A DNA stretch of 64,000 bases from an uncultured Syntrophothermus sp. (lineage in GTDB: Bacteria > Bacillota > Syntrophomonadia > Syntrophomonadales > Syntrophothermaceae). Positions 45,843-55,404 of the stretch are shown piece by piece. Numbering within the stretch: the stretch's first letter is position 1; each line of letters opens with the position of its first letter. The translations under genes were made by a program, and so were the position numbers. The DNA lies in contig CAYONS010000002.1 of the NCBI GenBank assembly GCA_964405385.1, positions 5,019 to 69,018 on the forward strand, read 5' to 3'. Below the pieces are notes generated by a model. The model searched no databases. It saw only the letters and a program-made list of their open reading frames with translations, and was not told the DNA's origin.

Positions 45843-46713
45843 CTTTCCCCTCACCCTTTCTGTACGACTTTACGAGGTACGTCTCTTCATAATATAGCCT
45901 GAAATGATTAAAAGCCTCGACGGCTTCCCCTTCTTCCTTAAACAGTCCGAAAACGGTGGGCCCGCTCCCTGACATTAGTGCCGCTTGTGCTTTTAATTCC
46001 TTCATCTTGGCCTTTATGAGCCTGACCTCAGGGAACCATGAGGCCGTGACCTCTTCCAGAACGTTTCTTAACCCGCGGCACACAGTTTCTATATCATGTG
46101 CCATGAGTCCGCGCATCACCTCTTGGGTATCCGGGCGCTCCGTAATTTCGACTGTTGCCAGCCCTTCATACACCTCTTTAGTTGAAACGGAAAAGTTCGG
46201 TTTCACCAGTACTAACGTCAATATAATATCGGTGGCAAGCGGAGTCAGTATCTCGCCCCGCCCCCGGGCGAGTGCGGTGCCGCCCAGGATGCAAAAAGGA
46301 ACATCCGAGCCGACCGTGGCTGCTATCTCGAGCATTTCCTCCAGGCTGAGCCCGGTGCCGTATAGGCAGTCAAGCCCTTTGATGACAGCCGCGGCATCGG
46401 TACTGCCTCCGGCTAAGCCGGCCCCGACCGGTATCTTTTTCTTGATGATCACCTCGACCCCGGCCGCAATGCCGGTCTTGCGGAAAAATTCCTGGGCTGC
46501 TTTATAGGCTAAATTACTTTCATCGTCAGGGAGCTCGGGTAAATCGGTTATAACCCTGATCCCTTCAGCTTTTCTGCGCACAAAAACCAAGTCTGCGAGA
46601 TCTACCTGGTGCATTATGGTTTCGATTTCATGGTAATTGTCAGAGCGCCTGCCCTTAACGTCTAGGGTGAGGTTTATCTTCGCCGGTGCTTCTATTGTGA
46701 CTATTTCCCTCAT
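45799..46713 (-). CDS. ispE: 4-(cytidine 5'-diphospho)-2-C-methyl-D-erythritol kinase
   Basis: 304 aa of the GHMP kinase family. Contains APAKINLTLDV and the PVGAGLAGGSTDAAA motif. Confidence 0.93.
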   Translation of the reverse strand: MREIVTIEAPAKINLTLDVKGRRSDNYHEIETIMHQVDLADLVFVRRKAEGIRVITDLPELPDDESNLAYKAAQEFFRKTGIAAGVEVIIKKKIPVGAGLAGGSTDAAAVIKGLDCLYGTGLSLEEMLEIAATVGSDVPFCILGGTALARGRGEILTPLATDIILTLVLVKPNFSVSTKEVYEGLATVEITERPDTQEVMRGLMAHDIETVCRGLRNVLEEVTASWFPEVRLIKAKMKELKAQAALMSGSGPTVFGLFKEEGEAVEAFNHFRLYYEETYLVKSYRKGEGKDAGEKTYSCEAGQL

Positions 46714-46801
46714 CGTTGTTTCTCCGTCAGTTTCTTCTGTCTACTGCTTCAATTATATTGTACCCAAAAAAAAACACCAGTCCATCGACCCCGTTCACGG
46801 G

Positions 46802-46887
46802 CAACAGATTTACACTGATTAACACAAATTAACACATCCCCTCGTGACGCCGGGAGGTATCATGAGGGGATATTGTGCATCTGTGGC
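46802..46887. repeat. foldback repeat element, mini copy D
   Basis: CAACAGATTTACACTGATTAACACAAATTAACAC is followed by hairpin CCCCTCGTGA/TCATGAGGGG, then GCATCTGTGGCC. Confidence 0.65.
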
Positions 46888-46918
46888 CGGCTTATTCCAA
46901 TAGAGCCGGAATCGAGTC

Positions 46919-47530
46919 TCAGTTGGACGTGACTCGCACTTCTTTGTGCCAGATTTCTCGCAGTTTCAGTTTTACTTCATATCCGGGGTCCGCGTTCAGG
47001 GTCAGGCCCTGTTCCTGTGAGGAAACGAGACACAAAGGAGGAAACAGTACGCACCACCAGTTACGCCCCTGGCCGTCGCCGATGATTACCTTCACCGCTT
47101 CGTAACGCCCCTGAGGGAACACGAGATTTCCGTAGAATCTGGTGGGGAATTCGTACTGTCCCATGGATACGCGAACGGGGTAATCGTAACCTTGTTTTCT
47201 TACCTCGGCTTGGACCTCCCTCTGGATCAAAGGCAGGCACCCTCGAGTTCGGTTTTTGGCCTGGTCCAGATCCTGAACTCCTCGGAGCTCCTGCCGCATC
47301 AAAGCTACAACCCTGTCTTTCACCTGCAGCTTCAAAGCCTGATCCTGACGGGAATCGCTGTTGGCAATAACATGCAGTCTAATGACGCCATCATACACCG
47401 GGCCTTGATTCAGGCGAAGTAGGCTCACTAATCCTAAAACTGCGCCCAAAAGGACAAGAGCTGTTAAAGTGCGGCGCAAGTTAGACATCCCTCCGTGTTC
47501 TTTTTGTTTGAGTATTACCATAAGCCGCAA
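46919..47530 (-). CDS. spoIIR: stage II sporulation protein R
   Basis: 203-aa ORF with a signal/TM segment, VIRLHVIANSDSRQDQALKLQVKD and NWWCVLFPPLC motifs. The start codon is uncertain: the ATG beginning MSNLRR at 47486-47488, or an earlier TTG. Confidence 0.88.
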   Translation of the reverse strand: MRLMVILKQKEHGGMSNLRRTLTALVLLGAVLGLVSLLRLNQGPVYDGVIRLHVIANSDSRQDQALKLQVKDRVVALMRQELRGVQDLDQAKNRTRGCLPLIQREVQAEVRKQGYDYPVRVSMGQYEFPTRFYGNLVFPQGRYEAVKVIIGDGQGRNWWCVLFPPLCLVSSQEQGLTLNADPGYEVKLKLREIWHKEVRVTSN

Positions 47531-47664
47531 ATTCTAAACATGGCCGTGACTTAAGTCTTCAACGAGCATCTTGCCGTTGTCAGACACAAAACCGTAAAAA
47601 TTATAGGATATAATTAAGAAAGGTTAGACCAAATATTGGTTAAACAAAAAAGGGGCGGTGACTC

Positions 47665-48351
47665 ATGGGCAGTACTGTCCTCATCGTGGAAGACGAGGAA
47701 CTGGTCCAGGAATTGATAAAACTTTACCTCGAAAAGGAAGGGTACTCCGTTATCTCTGCTTGGGATGGAGAGGAAGCTGTGAAGAAATTTAGGTCGCATG
47801 ACCCTGATCTCGTAATTCTAGACATCATGCTTCCCAAGAAAGACGGATGGACGGTATGCCGGGAAATTCGTGCTATGGCTAACACCCCTATCATAATGCT
47901 GACTGCCAAAGGAGACGAGTCAGATCGAGTTTTGGGATTGGACCTGGGAGCAGATGATTACGTTTGCAAGCCTTTCAGCCCCATCGAGTTAGTTGCCAGG
48001 GTGAAGGCAGTACTCCGGCGGACTTCCCTGGCTCATCAAGAAGGAAACCGGGTTTTGTTCTATCCCGGCCTGACCATAAATTACGACAGTCACGTGGTCG
48101 AGGTCGCGGGAAGAAAAGTATCTCTTACACCCAAAGAGTTCGAACTGTTGTGGTTTCTTGCCAGTCACCCCGGCAAGGTTTACAGCAGGGAACAATTGCT
48201 TGCCCATGTTTGGGACTACGATTACCTGGGGGATCCGCGAACGGTAGATACCCATATTAAGCGGCTGAGAGAAAAGCTGGAATCGGCATCCAACCAACGT
48301 TACATAAGGACCATTTGGGGGAGAGGATACAAGTTCGAGGTGGCTGATTAG
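47665..48351 (+). CDS. OmpR/PhoB-family response regulator
   Basis: 228 aa with a receiver domain (VLIVEDEE, DLVILDIMLPKKDG) and a winged-helix output domain (IRTIWGRGYKF). Confidence 0.93.
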   Translation: MGSTVLIVEDEELVQELIKLYLEKEGYSVISAWDGEEAVKKFRSHDPDLVILDIMLPKKDGWTVCREIRAMANTPIIMLTAKGDESDRVLGLDLGADDYVCKPFSPIELVARVKAVLRRTSLAHQEGNRVLFYPGLTINYDSHVVEVAGRKVSLTPKEFELLWFLASHPGKVYSREQLLAHVWDYDYLGDPRTVDTHIKRLREKLESASNQRYIRTIWGRGYKFEVAD

Positions 48352-50121
48352 ATGCGTATGAGCCTGTTTACCAAGCTGATGGCTTCGTACCTTGCGGTGA
48401 CTCTGATAACCTTGATAGCCGTTGGTTTGGCCATGTCAGAACTCTTGGCCGATTACTTTTATGCCTCAAAACAGCGCGAGCTCGAGCGCAAAGGCCAGGA
48501 ATTGGCCTTGCTGGTGTCAGCCTATGTCAACGAGAGTCCAGGCCAACCGGTGGAGCCAATGCTGGTTGCCGCAGAGCGTTTTTTGAATGCACGGGTGCTG
48601 TTGGTGGATGAGGACAGCCTGGAAATGGCTCGAGCCGGCATGCAGACGCATCCACCCCTTTGGCTCACCGCCGTGGAAGCCGGTGAGGTTCTCAATGGTC
48701 AAACCGTAACAACCCGGGGTTATCACAGGCGCTTTAGGGAAGCAGTTCTCTCGGTCACAGTTCCCGTTTACGCAGGCAACCGGGTAACCGGAGCCATCGC
48801 TCTTGCCTCGCCTATCGCCGGTTTAAACTCCACTATTAACGCTGTGAGAGCGCTTATCCTTTATGCAGCTGCAGGGTCTGTCCTTCTTTCCATTTTAGTA
48901 GGAACATGGCTTTCCCGCTCTATTTCCCGTCCCCTGGCCCAGATGAGCAGGATAACCCGCGAAATGGCGAAGGGAAATTTCCAGCAGCGCGTAGAAGAGA
49001 CTGGCAATGACGAAATAAGCCAGTTGGCCCAAGACTTCAATCACCTGGCCAAATCTCTAGACGCCACTATATCGGCCCTTTCCCGCGAAAAGAGCAAGAT
49101 TGAAAGCATCCTGGCTAACATGGCAGAGGGAGTGCTGGCAGTGGACAGAACAGGCCTGGTCATCCTGGCCAATGACGCAGTGTGCAAAACCCTTAACGCG
49201 AACCCCCAAGACATCGTGGCACGCCCGCTTTCTGAATTGGCCGTTCGAGGGATAGCCGACATCTTTAATGCAGTAATCGAGAGCGGTCAGGCGCATTCAT
49301 CCGAGCTAGCGCTGAACGAAGGAAAGACACAGCTTCTGGTTCACGTAGCTCCTTGGGCCAACGGCTCCGGGAAAATAGGCGGCGCCGTCGGGGTGCTGCA
49401 AGATATAACTGAAATCAAGAATCTTGAGTTCTGGCGGCGCGACCTGGTGGCCAACGTATCCCACGAACTGCGGACCCCCCTTACCTCCATACGGGGATTT
49501 GTGGAAGCCATACTCGACGGTACCATCAGCGACCCGGAGGCTCAACGACATTACCTGGAAGTTATTCACCGGGAAACTGTCCGTCTGTCCAGACTTATAC
49601 GTGAACTGCTTGACCTGGCCCAGATGGAAGCCAGGAAAACGGTGTGGGAGTTGCATCCAATAGAAGTCTCAGAGCTGATCAACCGCGTTCTATTCAAACT
49701 CCAACCTCAGCTGGAGCAACACCGGATTTCGGTCAAAGTAAGGATACCGTCTGCTCTGCCACTGATGCTGGCCAACGAGGACCGCATGGAACAGGTGCTT
49801 ACCAACCTAATTGAAAACGCGGTACGCTACTCGCCGCCGGGCAAGGAAGTGAATATCACAGCAAGCTCACAAGACGGAGTCATCCAAGTCACCGTAGCCG
49901 ACGAGGGCCCTGGCATTCCCGAGGAGGACCTGCCTCATATCTGGGAGAGATTCCACCGGGTTGAAAAATCCCGCTCCCGCAGTCTGGGCGGCACCGGTCT
50001 GGGGCTAGCTATCGTCAAGCAGATAGTAGAGGCTCATGGAGGAAGGGTGGGAGTCGAAAGCACCCCCAATCAAGGCTCAGCCTTTAGCTTCTGGATTCCA
50101 GCCGTTCCCTTGGAAGAATAA
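48352..50121 (+). CDS. sensor histidine kinase (2 TM, HAMP, PAS, HisKA, HATPase_c)
   Basis: 589 aa with an H-box (SHELRTPLTSI) and N and G boxes (NLIENAVRY, GGTGLGLAIV). Its start abuts the regulator's stop codon. Confidence 0.92.
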   Translation: MRMSLFTKLMASYLAVTLITLIAVGLAMSELLADYFYASKQRELERKGQELALLVSAYVNESPGQPVEPMLVAAERFLNARVLLVDEDSLEMARAGMQTHPPLWLTAVEAGEVLNGQTVTTRGYHRRFREAVLSVTVPVYAGNRVTGAIALASPIAGLNSTINAVRALILYAAAGSVLLSILVGTWLSRSISRPLAQMSRITREMAKGNFQQRVEETGNDEISQLAQDFNHLAKSLDATISALSREKSKIESILANMAEGVLAVDRTGLVILANDAVCKTLNANPQDIVARPLSELAVRGIADIFNAVIESGQAHSSELALNEGKTQLLVHVAPWANGSGKIGGAVGVLQDITEIKNLEFWRRDLVANVSHELRTPLTSIRGFVEAILDGTISDPEAQRHYLEVIHRETVRLSRLIRELLDLAQMEARKTVWELHPIEVSELINRVLFKLQPQLEQHRISVKVRIPSALPLMLANEDRMEQVLTNLIENAVRYSPPGKEVNITASSQDGVIQVTVADEGPGIPEEDLPHIWERFHRVEKSRSRSLGGTGLGLAIVKQIVEAHGGRVGVESTPNQGSAFSFWIPAVPLEE

Positions 50122-50167
50122 TTCTGAACGTTTTCCCGAATTCTTGCCCCTGATTTTTCAAGGTTCG

Positions 50168-50199
50168 TTCACAAAATGGTAACAAATTTTGGTTATAGT
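50168..50199 (+). promoter_or_regulatory. candidate OmpR-type direct-repeat box plus -10 element upstream of the PepSY/efflux genes
   Basis: TTCACAAAATGG and TAACAAATTTTGG form a direct repeat with ~12-bp register (start-to-start). TATAGT (50194-50199) follows immediately. The box lies ~45 nt upstream of the 50241 start. Confidence 0.35.
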
Positions 50200-50240
50200 G
50201 GTATCAGAAGTCCGACTACCAGAAAAAGGAGTGGGTCGAT

Positions 50241-50789
50241 TTGAAGACGTTACGCAGAGTGCACCTCTGGGCCGGAGTAGCTGTTGCCTTGTTTCTTCTT
50301 TTGCAATCGGTCACCGGGCTCATTCTCTCCAACACCCGTCCCGCAGGCCAGGGGCCCCCGTGGGCACGACCGGAATTTGTAACCAGTACGGATAGCAGCG
50401 GTCAGGAACCCTTTCCTCAAGTGGCAGGTCCCGGATTTCAAGGTAGGCGGGGTTTTTTTGAAGGATCAGCCGGTGAAACAAACCCCACTTGGGCCACAGC
50501 TAGGGAACTCCACGAAGGAAGGATAGGTAATTACGATTTTTCCCTGCTGCTGGATATAGCCGCTTTCGGTTTCATCCTGGTCACGGTTACCGGACTTATT
50601 CTTGCCTACAAAGTTCTGAGAGGACCGGGCCGCAAGTCAACACCCAAGGCGCTTGTGGCAACCGGGACACCTGAGCTCCGTGAGGAAACCAAGGTAGCCC
50701 CCGTCGGAGAAGAACACGGGTCTAGCCCTACAGGTGAGGCATCCGCCGATCCGACACATCCTCCGAAGGAGGAAGAAGGAAGTGAATAA
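50241..50789 (+). CDS. PepSY-associated transmembrane protein
   Basis: 182 aa. The N-terminus LRRVHLWAGVAVALFLLLQSVTGLIL is a typical PepSY_TM helix. A second TM segment and a Pro/Glu-rich tail follow. Confidence 0.65.
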   Translation: MKTLRRVHLWAGVAVALFLLLQSVTGLILSNTRPAGQGPPWARPEFVTSTDSSGQEPFPQVAGPGFQGRRGFFEGSAGETNPTWATARELHEGRIGNYDFSLLLDIAAFGFILVTVTGLILAYKVLRGPGRKSTPKALVATGTPELREETKVAPVGEEHGSSPTGEASADPTHPPKEEEGSE

Positions 50790-51870
50790 CATTCGCAATA
50801 TCTTGGTTGTCATTACTTGCCTTGCCGCCGTCACCTTCTGTTTCTCTCCCAGAGTGTCAGCATCGGATTCTTCTCAATATTTAAGTCTGGAAGATGCCGT
50901 GGATAGGGCCTTAACCTACAGTCCAGCTTTGAAGAGCAAAGAGCTATCAGTAGAACAGGCAGAATACCAGCGAGAGGCGGCGGCTTTGGCGGTTTCTTAC
51001 ACACCCACCGGGCAGGCCGATCCTGAAACGGAAAAAGCTTTTAATAATCTGGTTGCCAAAGACCTGAACTGGCAGGTAGCCAAAAAGGAGTTGTCCGCGC
51101 AAAGGGACTCAGTAATTATTCAAGTGTACCAGGCGTACTACAACGTGCTCACGGCCGAAGCTGCACTTGTCAGCGCCGAGAAAAACCTGGCTTATGCCGA
51201 TTTGCAGAAACGCTCGGCTGTTCTGAGACACCAGTTCGGAAAAGCCAGCCTCCTTGAAGTAAAACAGCAGGAAAACTCATACGAAACTGCCAAAGCCCAG
51301 TGGGATTCCGCCAGACAGAGCCTCGACGATGCCTACGTTAAACTCAACCAACTCATCGGGCTTTCCCCATCGGCTCGTCCCGTGCTCACCCATAGGCCGG
51401 CTTTCAAGCCGGTTGAAATCATCAGCTTAGATTCCCTGGTGTCACGGGTCCTTGAAGAAAGTCCAACCGTCAAGAGGGCCCAGCTCTCAGTCAACCAGGC
51501 CCAGATAGCTCTGGACATATACAGTTTCAGCGAAACCGAATACAATTCATATAAGTCTCAGCAGCTCTCTATAACCATGGCCGAGCAAAACTTAGTCTCT
51601 GTGAAAAGCCAGACGGAGCAGCAGGTCCGCTCTCTCGTCAGCAGCATTGTCCAACTGGAAAAAAGTTATCAAAGCCTTAAGAACATGTACGAGACGGCTG
51701 AAAAGAATCTGGAGTGGACCCGGCTCAAGCTAAAGTACGGGGTTGCCAGCCGCATCGAGCTGGCACAGGCGGAAGCAGAAGTCGCCAAGGCGTACCAGTC
51801 CCTCCTTCAAGCCCAGTCCCAACACGAAGTGTTGGCTAAAGCGCTAACTACTCCCTGGGCATACAGCTAA
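50782..51870 (+). CDS. TolC-family outer-membrane-factor-like efflux protein
   Basis: GTG 50782 after a GGAGGAAGAAGGAA SD. A signal peptide is present (CLAAVTFCFSPRVSA), and two coiled-coil OEP-type repeats follow. Confidence 0.75.
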   Translation: MNNIRNILVVITCLAAVTFCFSPRVSASDSSQYLSLEDAVDRALTYSPALKSKELSVEQAEYQREAAALAVSYTPTGQADPETEKAFNNLVAKDLNWQVAKKELSAQRDSVIIQVYQAYYNVLTAEAALVSAEKNLAYADLQKRSAVLRHQFGKASLLEVKQQENSYETAKAQWDSARQSLDDAYVKLNQLIGLSPSARPVLTHRPAFKPVEIISLDSLVSRVLEESPTVKRAQLSVNQAQIALDIYSFSETEYNSYKSQQLSITMAEQNLVSVKSQTEQQVRSLVSSIVQLEKSYQSLKNMYETAEKNLEWTRLKLKYGVASRIELAQAEAEVAKAYQSLLQAQSQHEVLAKALTTPWAYS

Positions 51871-51957
51871 AACCTCACCGGCGACAGTTATCGGCTTCAG
51901 TCAATGTGTTTTATCACGAGACTTAACTGTTACAGCTCGGGGAAAGGAGAGGAATCC

Positions 51958-53387
51958 GTGATAAAGAAAATTGTGAATGCGTGGGCGCGGACGTCAAAAA
52001 CTGCCAAGGCAGCCGTAGCTATACTCGCCCTGCTGACAGGAATCGCTGGGTGGAAGCTGATCGGGCAGAGTTCCAAGACCCCTGAATTAATCACCTACCG
52101 GGTGAGTTACGCTGATATCATACAAACCGTCAGCGCCTCGGGACAGATCGAACCGGTGCAAAGCGTTACCCTAACCTTTAAATCTCAAGGTTACGTGCAG
52201 GAATGTAAAGTTAAGGTCGGGGACCAAGTCAAGGCGGGGCAGGTTCTCGCGATAGAGAAAAGCGAAGACTTGGAAACCGCCTTGCCCCAAGCACAAGCCA
52301 GCCTTGACAACGCGAAAGCAAGCTACAGACGCCTTGTTGCCAACTATCCTCACAAGGTGGCTCAGGCCGAGGCTCAAGTCGCCCAGAGCAAAAACAATCT
52401 GGAGATGGCCGAAGCTGAATTGGAAAGGTCTGAACCCCTATACGAAGCCGGAGTAATCTCTCAATCTGAATTGGACTCGGCCCGGGCCAGCTACCAGTCT
52501 GCTCTAGCACAGTATCAGACTGCCCTCAGTAATCTGGAACTCACCAAAGACAAAGGCGATATCGAGATAGCCGCTGCTCAAGTCAAGTCTGCGGAAGCTC
52601 AAGTTGCCCAGGCCCAAAACAATCTGAGGAACTGCGTAATAACAGCCCCGTTTGACGGTTTCGTTGCCGCTATCACAGGCAGCACCGGCAGTTGACTGCA
52701 GCCGGAACAGCTTCCGAAGCGAGTTCCTCCCAGTTCAGTATTACCATCTTTTCCTCTGAACTCCAGTTGGCAGCCCAGATCAATGAAGCCGATATCGGCA
52801 AGGTTAAAGTCGGGCAAAAAGTCACCTTTACGGTTAATGCCTATCCGGACCGGGAGTTTACGGGCAGGCTTGTATCCCTGTCCCCCCTGGCGACGACGTC
52901 AAACAGCGTGCAGGTCTACGATGCCGTCATCAGTATTGATGACTACAAAGACTTGAGAGCCGGAATGCCGGCGTCTATTACCATTATCGTCGGCGAGAGT
53001 CTTAACGTGCTGGCCGTGCCGCAGTCGGCTTTGGACTATGGACAGGCCTATCTGGCCTCGTCTCGCGCGCGTTCGAGGAGCGGTGCCGGTACCAGGAGCG
53101 CCGTGCAGGAATCCTCTCGAGTCGGCGATAATGCTGCCTTGAATGAACGTGCTTCCATTAAGAAGCCGGTGGTCGTTCTCGCCGGTAATGAACAAACACT
53201 GAGATGGGTGGAAACCGGCCTGTCTGATGATGTGAGTGTTGAGATAAAGTCGGGCCTGAAGGAAGGAGATACAGTTATTACTGGCTCTATCAGCCAAAAG
53301 GCTGATTCAAGCGCTTCCACGAGCGACAGATCATCGAACCGAAACTACACCGCTCCCGGTTTCCCCGGCGGGCCCTTTATGCGATAG
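51958..53387 (+). pseudogene. HlyD/MacA-type periplasmic adaptor subunit, split by a 1-nt frameshift near 52690
   Basis: ORF 51958..52695 ends ...ITAPFDGFVAAITGSTGS*. ORF 52692..53387 continues the same family in another frame (LTAAGT...AQINEADIGKVKVGQKVTFTVNAYPDREFTG). Confidence 0.75.
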
Positions 53388-53398
53388 GGAGGAAAAGA

Positions 53399-54124
53399 GT
53401 GGTGAATGCAAATGCTCCCTTGATAAGGTGCTGTAATCTGACCAAGATCTACCCCCTTTCCGGAATAGAGGTGGCTGCCCTGCGAGGAATCGATCTTGAT
53501 ATATGCAGGGGTGAAATGGTTGCCATTGTAGGCCCCTCGGGATCCGGGAAGAGCACTTTGCTCAACATATTAGGCGGCATGGATAGGCAAACCAATGGCA
53601 CTTATATACTCGACGGCGTTGAGGTTAGCAAGCTTAATGACCGGGATCTTGCTGCTTTGCGTAACCAGAAGCTGGGCGTGGTCTTTCAGCGGTATAACCT
53701 GTTACCCCGGTACACTGCACTCGAAAATGTGAAATTGCCCCTTTACTACGCGGGTTACGATTCAAAGTCGGCTGAAAGCATAGCCACGGAAACACTGGAT
53801 ACCCTGGGCATACTAGGTCTGGCCCATCACCGTCCCAACCAGATGTCGGGTGGACAACAGCAAAGGGTAGCCATAGCCAGGGCTTTGGTCAACCGCCCGG
53901 CAGTTCTTTTGGCCGATGAACCTACCGGGGCCCTTGATTCCGTTACCAGCGAAGAGATAATGCAGCTTTTCCGGGAAGTCAATCGTACGCACCGGGTAAC
54001 GGTCATTGTCATAACCCACGAATCCAACATCGCTGAGTTCTGCGACCGCCGGGTAACAATGCGGGATGGATTGATAGTGAGTGATAAAGTGATAAAACAG
54101 GAGGATCACGATAAGAATGAATAG
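53399..54124 (+). CDS. MacB/LolD-type ABC transporter ATP-binding protein
   Basis: 241 aa with Walker A (GPSGSGKST), the signature MSGGQQQRV and Walker B (LLADEPTGALD). Confidence 0.92.
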   Translation: MVNANAPLIRCCNLTKIYPLSGIEVAALRGIDLDICRGEMVAIVGPSGSGKSTLLNILGGMDRQTNGTYILDGVEVSKLNDRDLAALRNQKLGVVFQRYNLLPRYTALENVKLPLYYAGYDSKSAESIATETLDTLGILGLAHHRPNQMSGGQQQRVAIARALVNRPAVLLADEPTGALDSVTSEEIMQLFREVNRTHRVTVIVITHESNIAEFCDRRVTMRDGLIVSDKVIKQEDHDKNE

Positions 54125-54138
54125 CCGATGATTTCAGG

Positions 54139-54573
54139 GTGATAAACAACGCCCAGATTCAAGAGCAAGCGGAGTCGGTCACCGGAATTCTGACCCTTTT
54201 TCTGGCAGCTGTAGCCGGCATATCCCTGATAGTGGGCGGTATAGGCATCATGAATATCATGCTGGTCTCGGTAACCGAGCGGACGCGGGAAATAGGTATT
54301 CGCAAGGCGGTAGGCGCTAGGCGCGAAGATATCCTCGCTCAATTCCTACTCGAAGCGGTGCTGATGTGTTTTACGGGATCCTTAATCGGCATCCTTGTCG
54401 GCGTCGCAGCCACGAAGGTCTTCACCTGGATCGTAGGATGGCCGACCAGCATATCGGCATCTTCCGTCATATTGGCCATCGCCACCGCCTGCACGGTCGG
54501 CGTTTTCTTCGGCTATTATCCTGCTTACCAAGCCTCGTCCCTAGACCCGGCCCAGGCCTTGAGCTATGAATAA
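54139..54573 (+). pseudogene. FtsX/MacB-type permease remnant (C-terminal ~145 aa only)
   Basis: Retains the last three TM helices (GGIGIMNIMLVSVTERTREIGIRKAVGA). TM1 and the ~250-aa periplasmic domain are absent. A vestigial ATGAATAG overlaps the ATPase stop. Confidence 0.7.
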
Positions 54574-54588
54574 GAATATCATGTATAG

Positions 54589-55377
54589 CTAAGCATAGCT
54601 ATGCAACCCGGGCATCAAATAATTCACTCCAAGAAACGTAAATAAGAGTATTAAAAACCCGATAATGACCATCCAGTCGCCTTTCTTCCCCTTCCATTCT
54701 TTTCTGCGGTGTAAATGTAGGTAAGTAGCATATACTATCCAGGTTATCAAAGCCCAGTTTTCTTTGGGATCCCAGCTCCAATAAGATCCCCACGCCTGTT
54801 CTGCCCAAACGGCTCCAAACAAGATTGATAAAGTCAACATGATGAATCCAACTCTTACTGCCGCATATACCCCATCATTCTTTTCTTCACTTTTGTTCTT
54901 CATCACATCAACCAAAGCCATTACAGCAGCCATCGTAAATCCGGCGTAAGCCACAACTGCTGTGACAACATGAAACGCCAGCCAAGGACTCTTCAGCGCT
55001 GGCATTAAATTACCGGCCTTAGTTAACTGCGCCTGCCCGTTGACCATCACAAATGCGATGAGGGAAGCCGCGATAACCATCACCATCCATCCCGATCGCT
55101 GGCCTGCAGCCTTTCTCGCTACTACTAGGTACACGAGCACAGTTACAAAAACGTAACTCAAGACAAACTCATGCCCGTTGGCGAGCGGCAGCCTACCCGT
55201 CACCGCTGCCCTTGTAATAATTACTGCAAAATTGCAAAAGGCGCCTAATGCCGTTAGCCACCGCGCCAATCTGTAAAAACAAACCCGGTCGTGCCAATTA
55301 CCCAACAGATAAAATATGGCTCCTGCAAAATACAGGACAAAAACAATACATAGTATCTCCCGAACGGACAGACTCAT
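54589..55377 (-). CDS. ccsA: cytochrome c biogenesis protein CcsA/ResC (system II haem handling)
   Basis: 262-aa polytopic protein with the WGSYWSWDPKENWALITW tryptophan-rich WWD motif. Confidence 0.9.
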   Translation of the reverse strand: MSLSVREILCIVFVLYFAGAIFYLLGNWHDRVCFYRLARWLTALGAFCNFAVIITRAAVTGRLPLANGHEFVLSYVFVTVLVYLVVARKAAGQRSGWMVMVIAASLIAFVMVNGQAQLTKAGNLMPALKSPWLAFHVVTAVVAYAGFTMAAVMALVDVMKNKSEEKNDGVYAAVRVGFIMLTLSILFGAVWAEQAWGSYWSWDPKENWALITWIVYATYLHLHRRKEWKGKKGDWMVIIGFLILLFTFLGVNYLMPGLHSYA

Positions 55378-55404
55378 CTATCCCCCCACCTCGACTTCCA
55401 TAAT

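Noticed and set aside
50782-51870. TolC-family outer-membrane factor in a spore-former, considered as evidence for a diderm envelope.
   Set aside because: TolC-like annotations occur in several monoderm Clostridia. No other outer-membrane biogenesis genes (Bam, Lpt, Lpx) are in the window, and the partner efflux genes here are decayed. The evidence is insufficient for any envelope claim.
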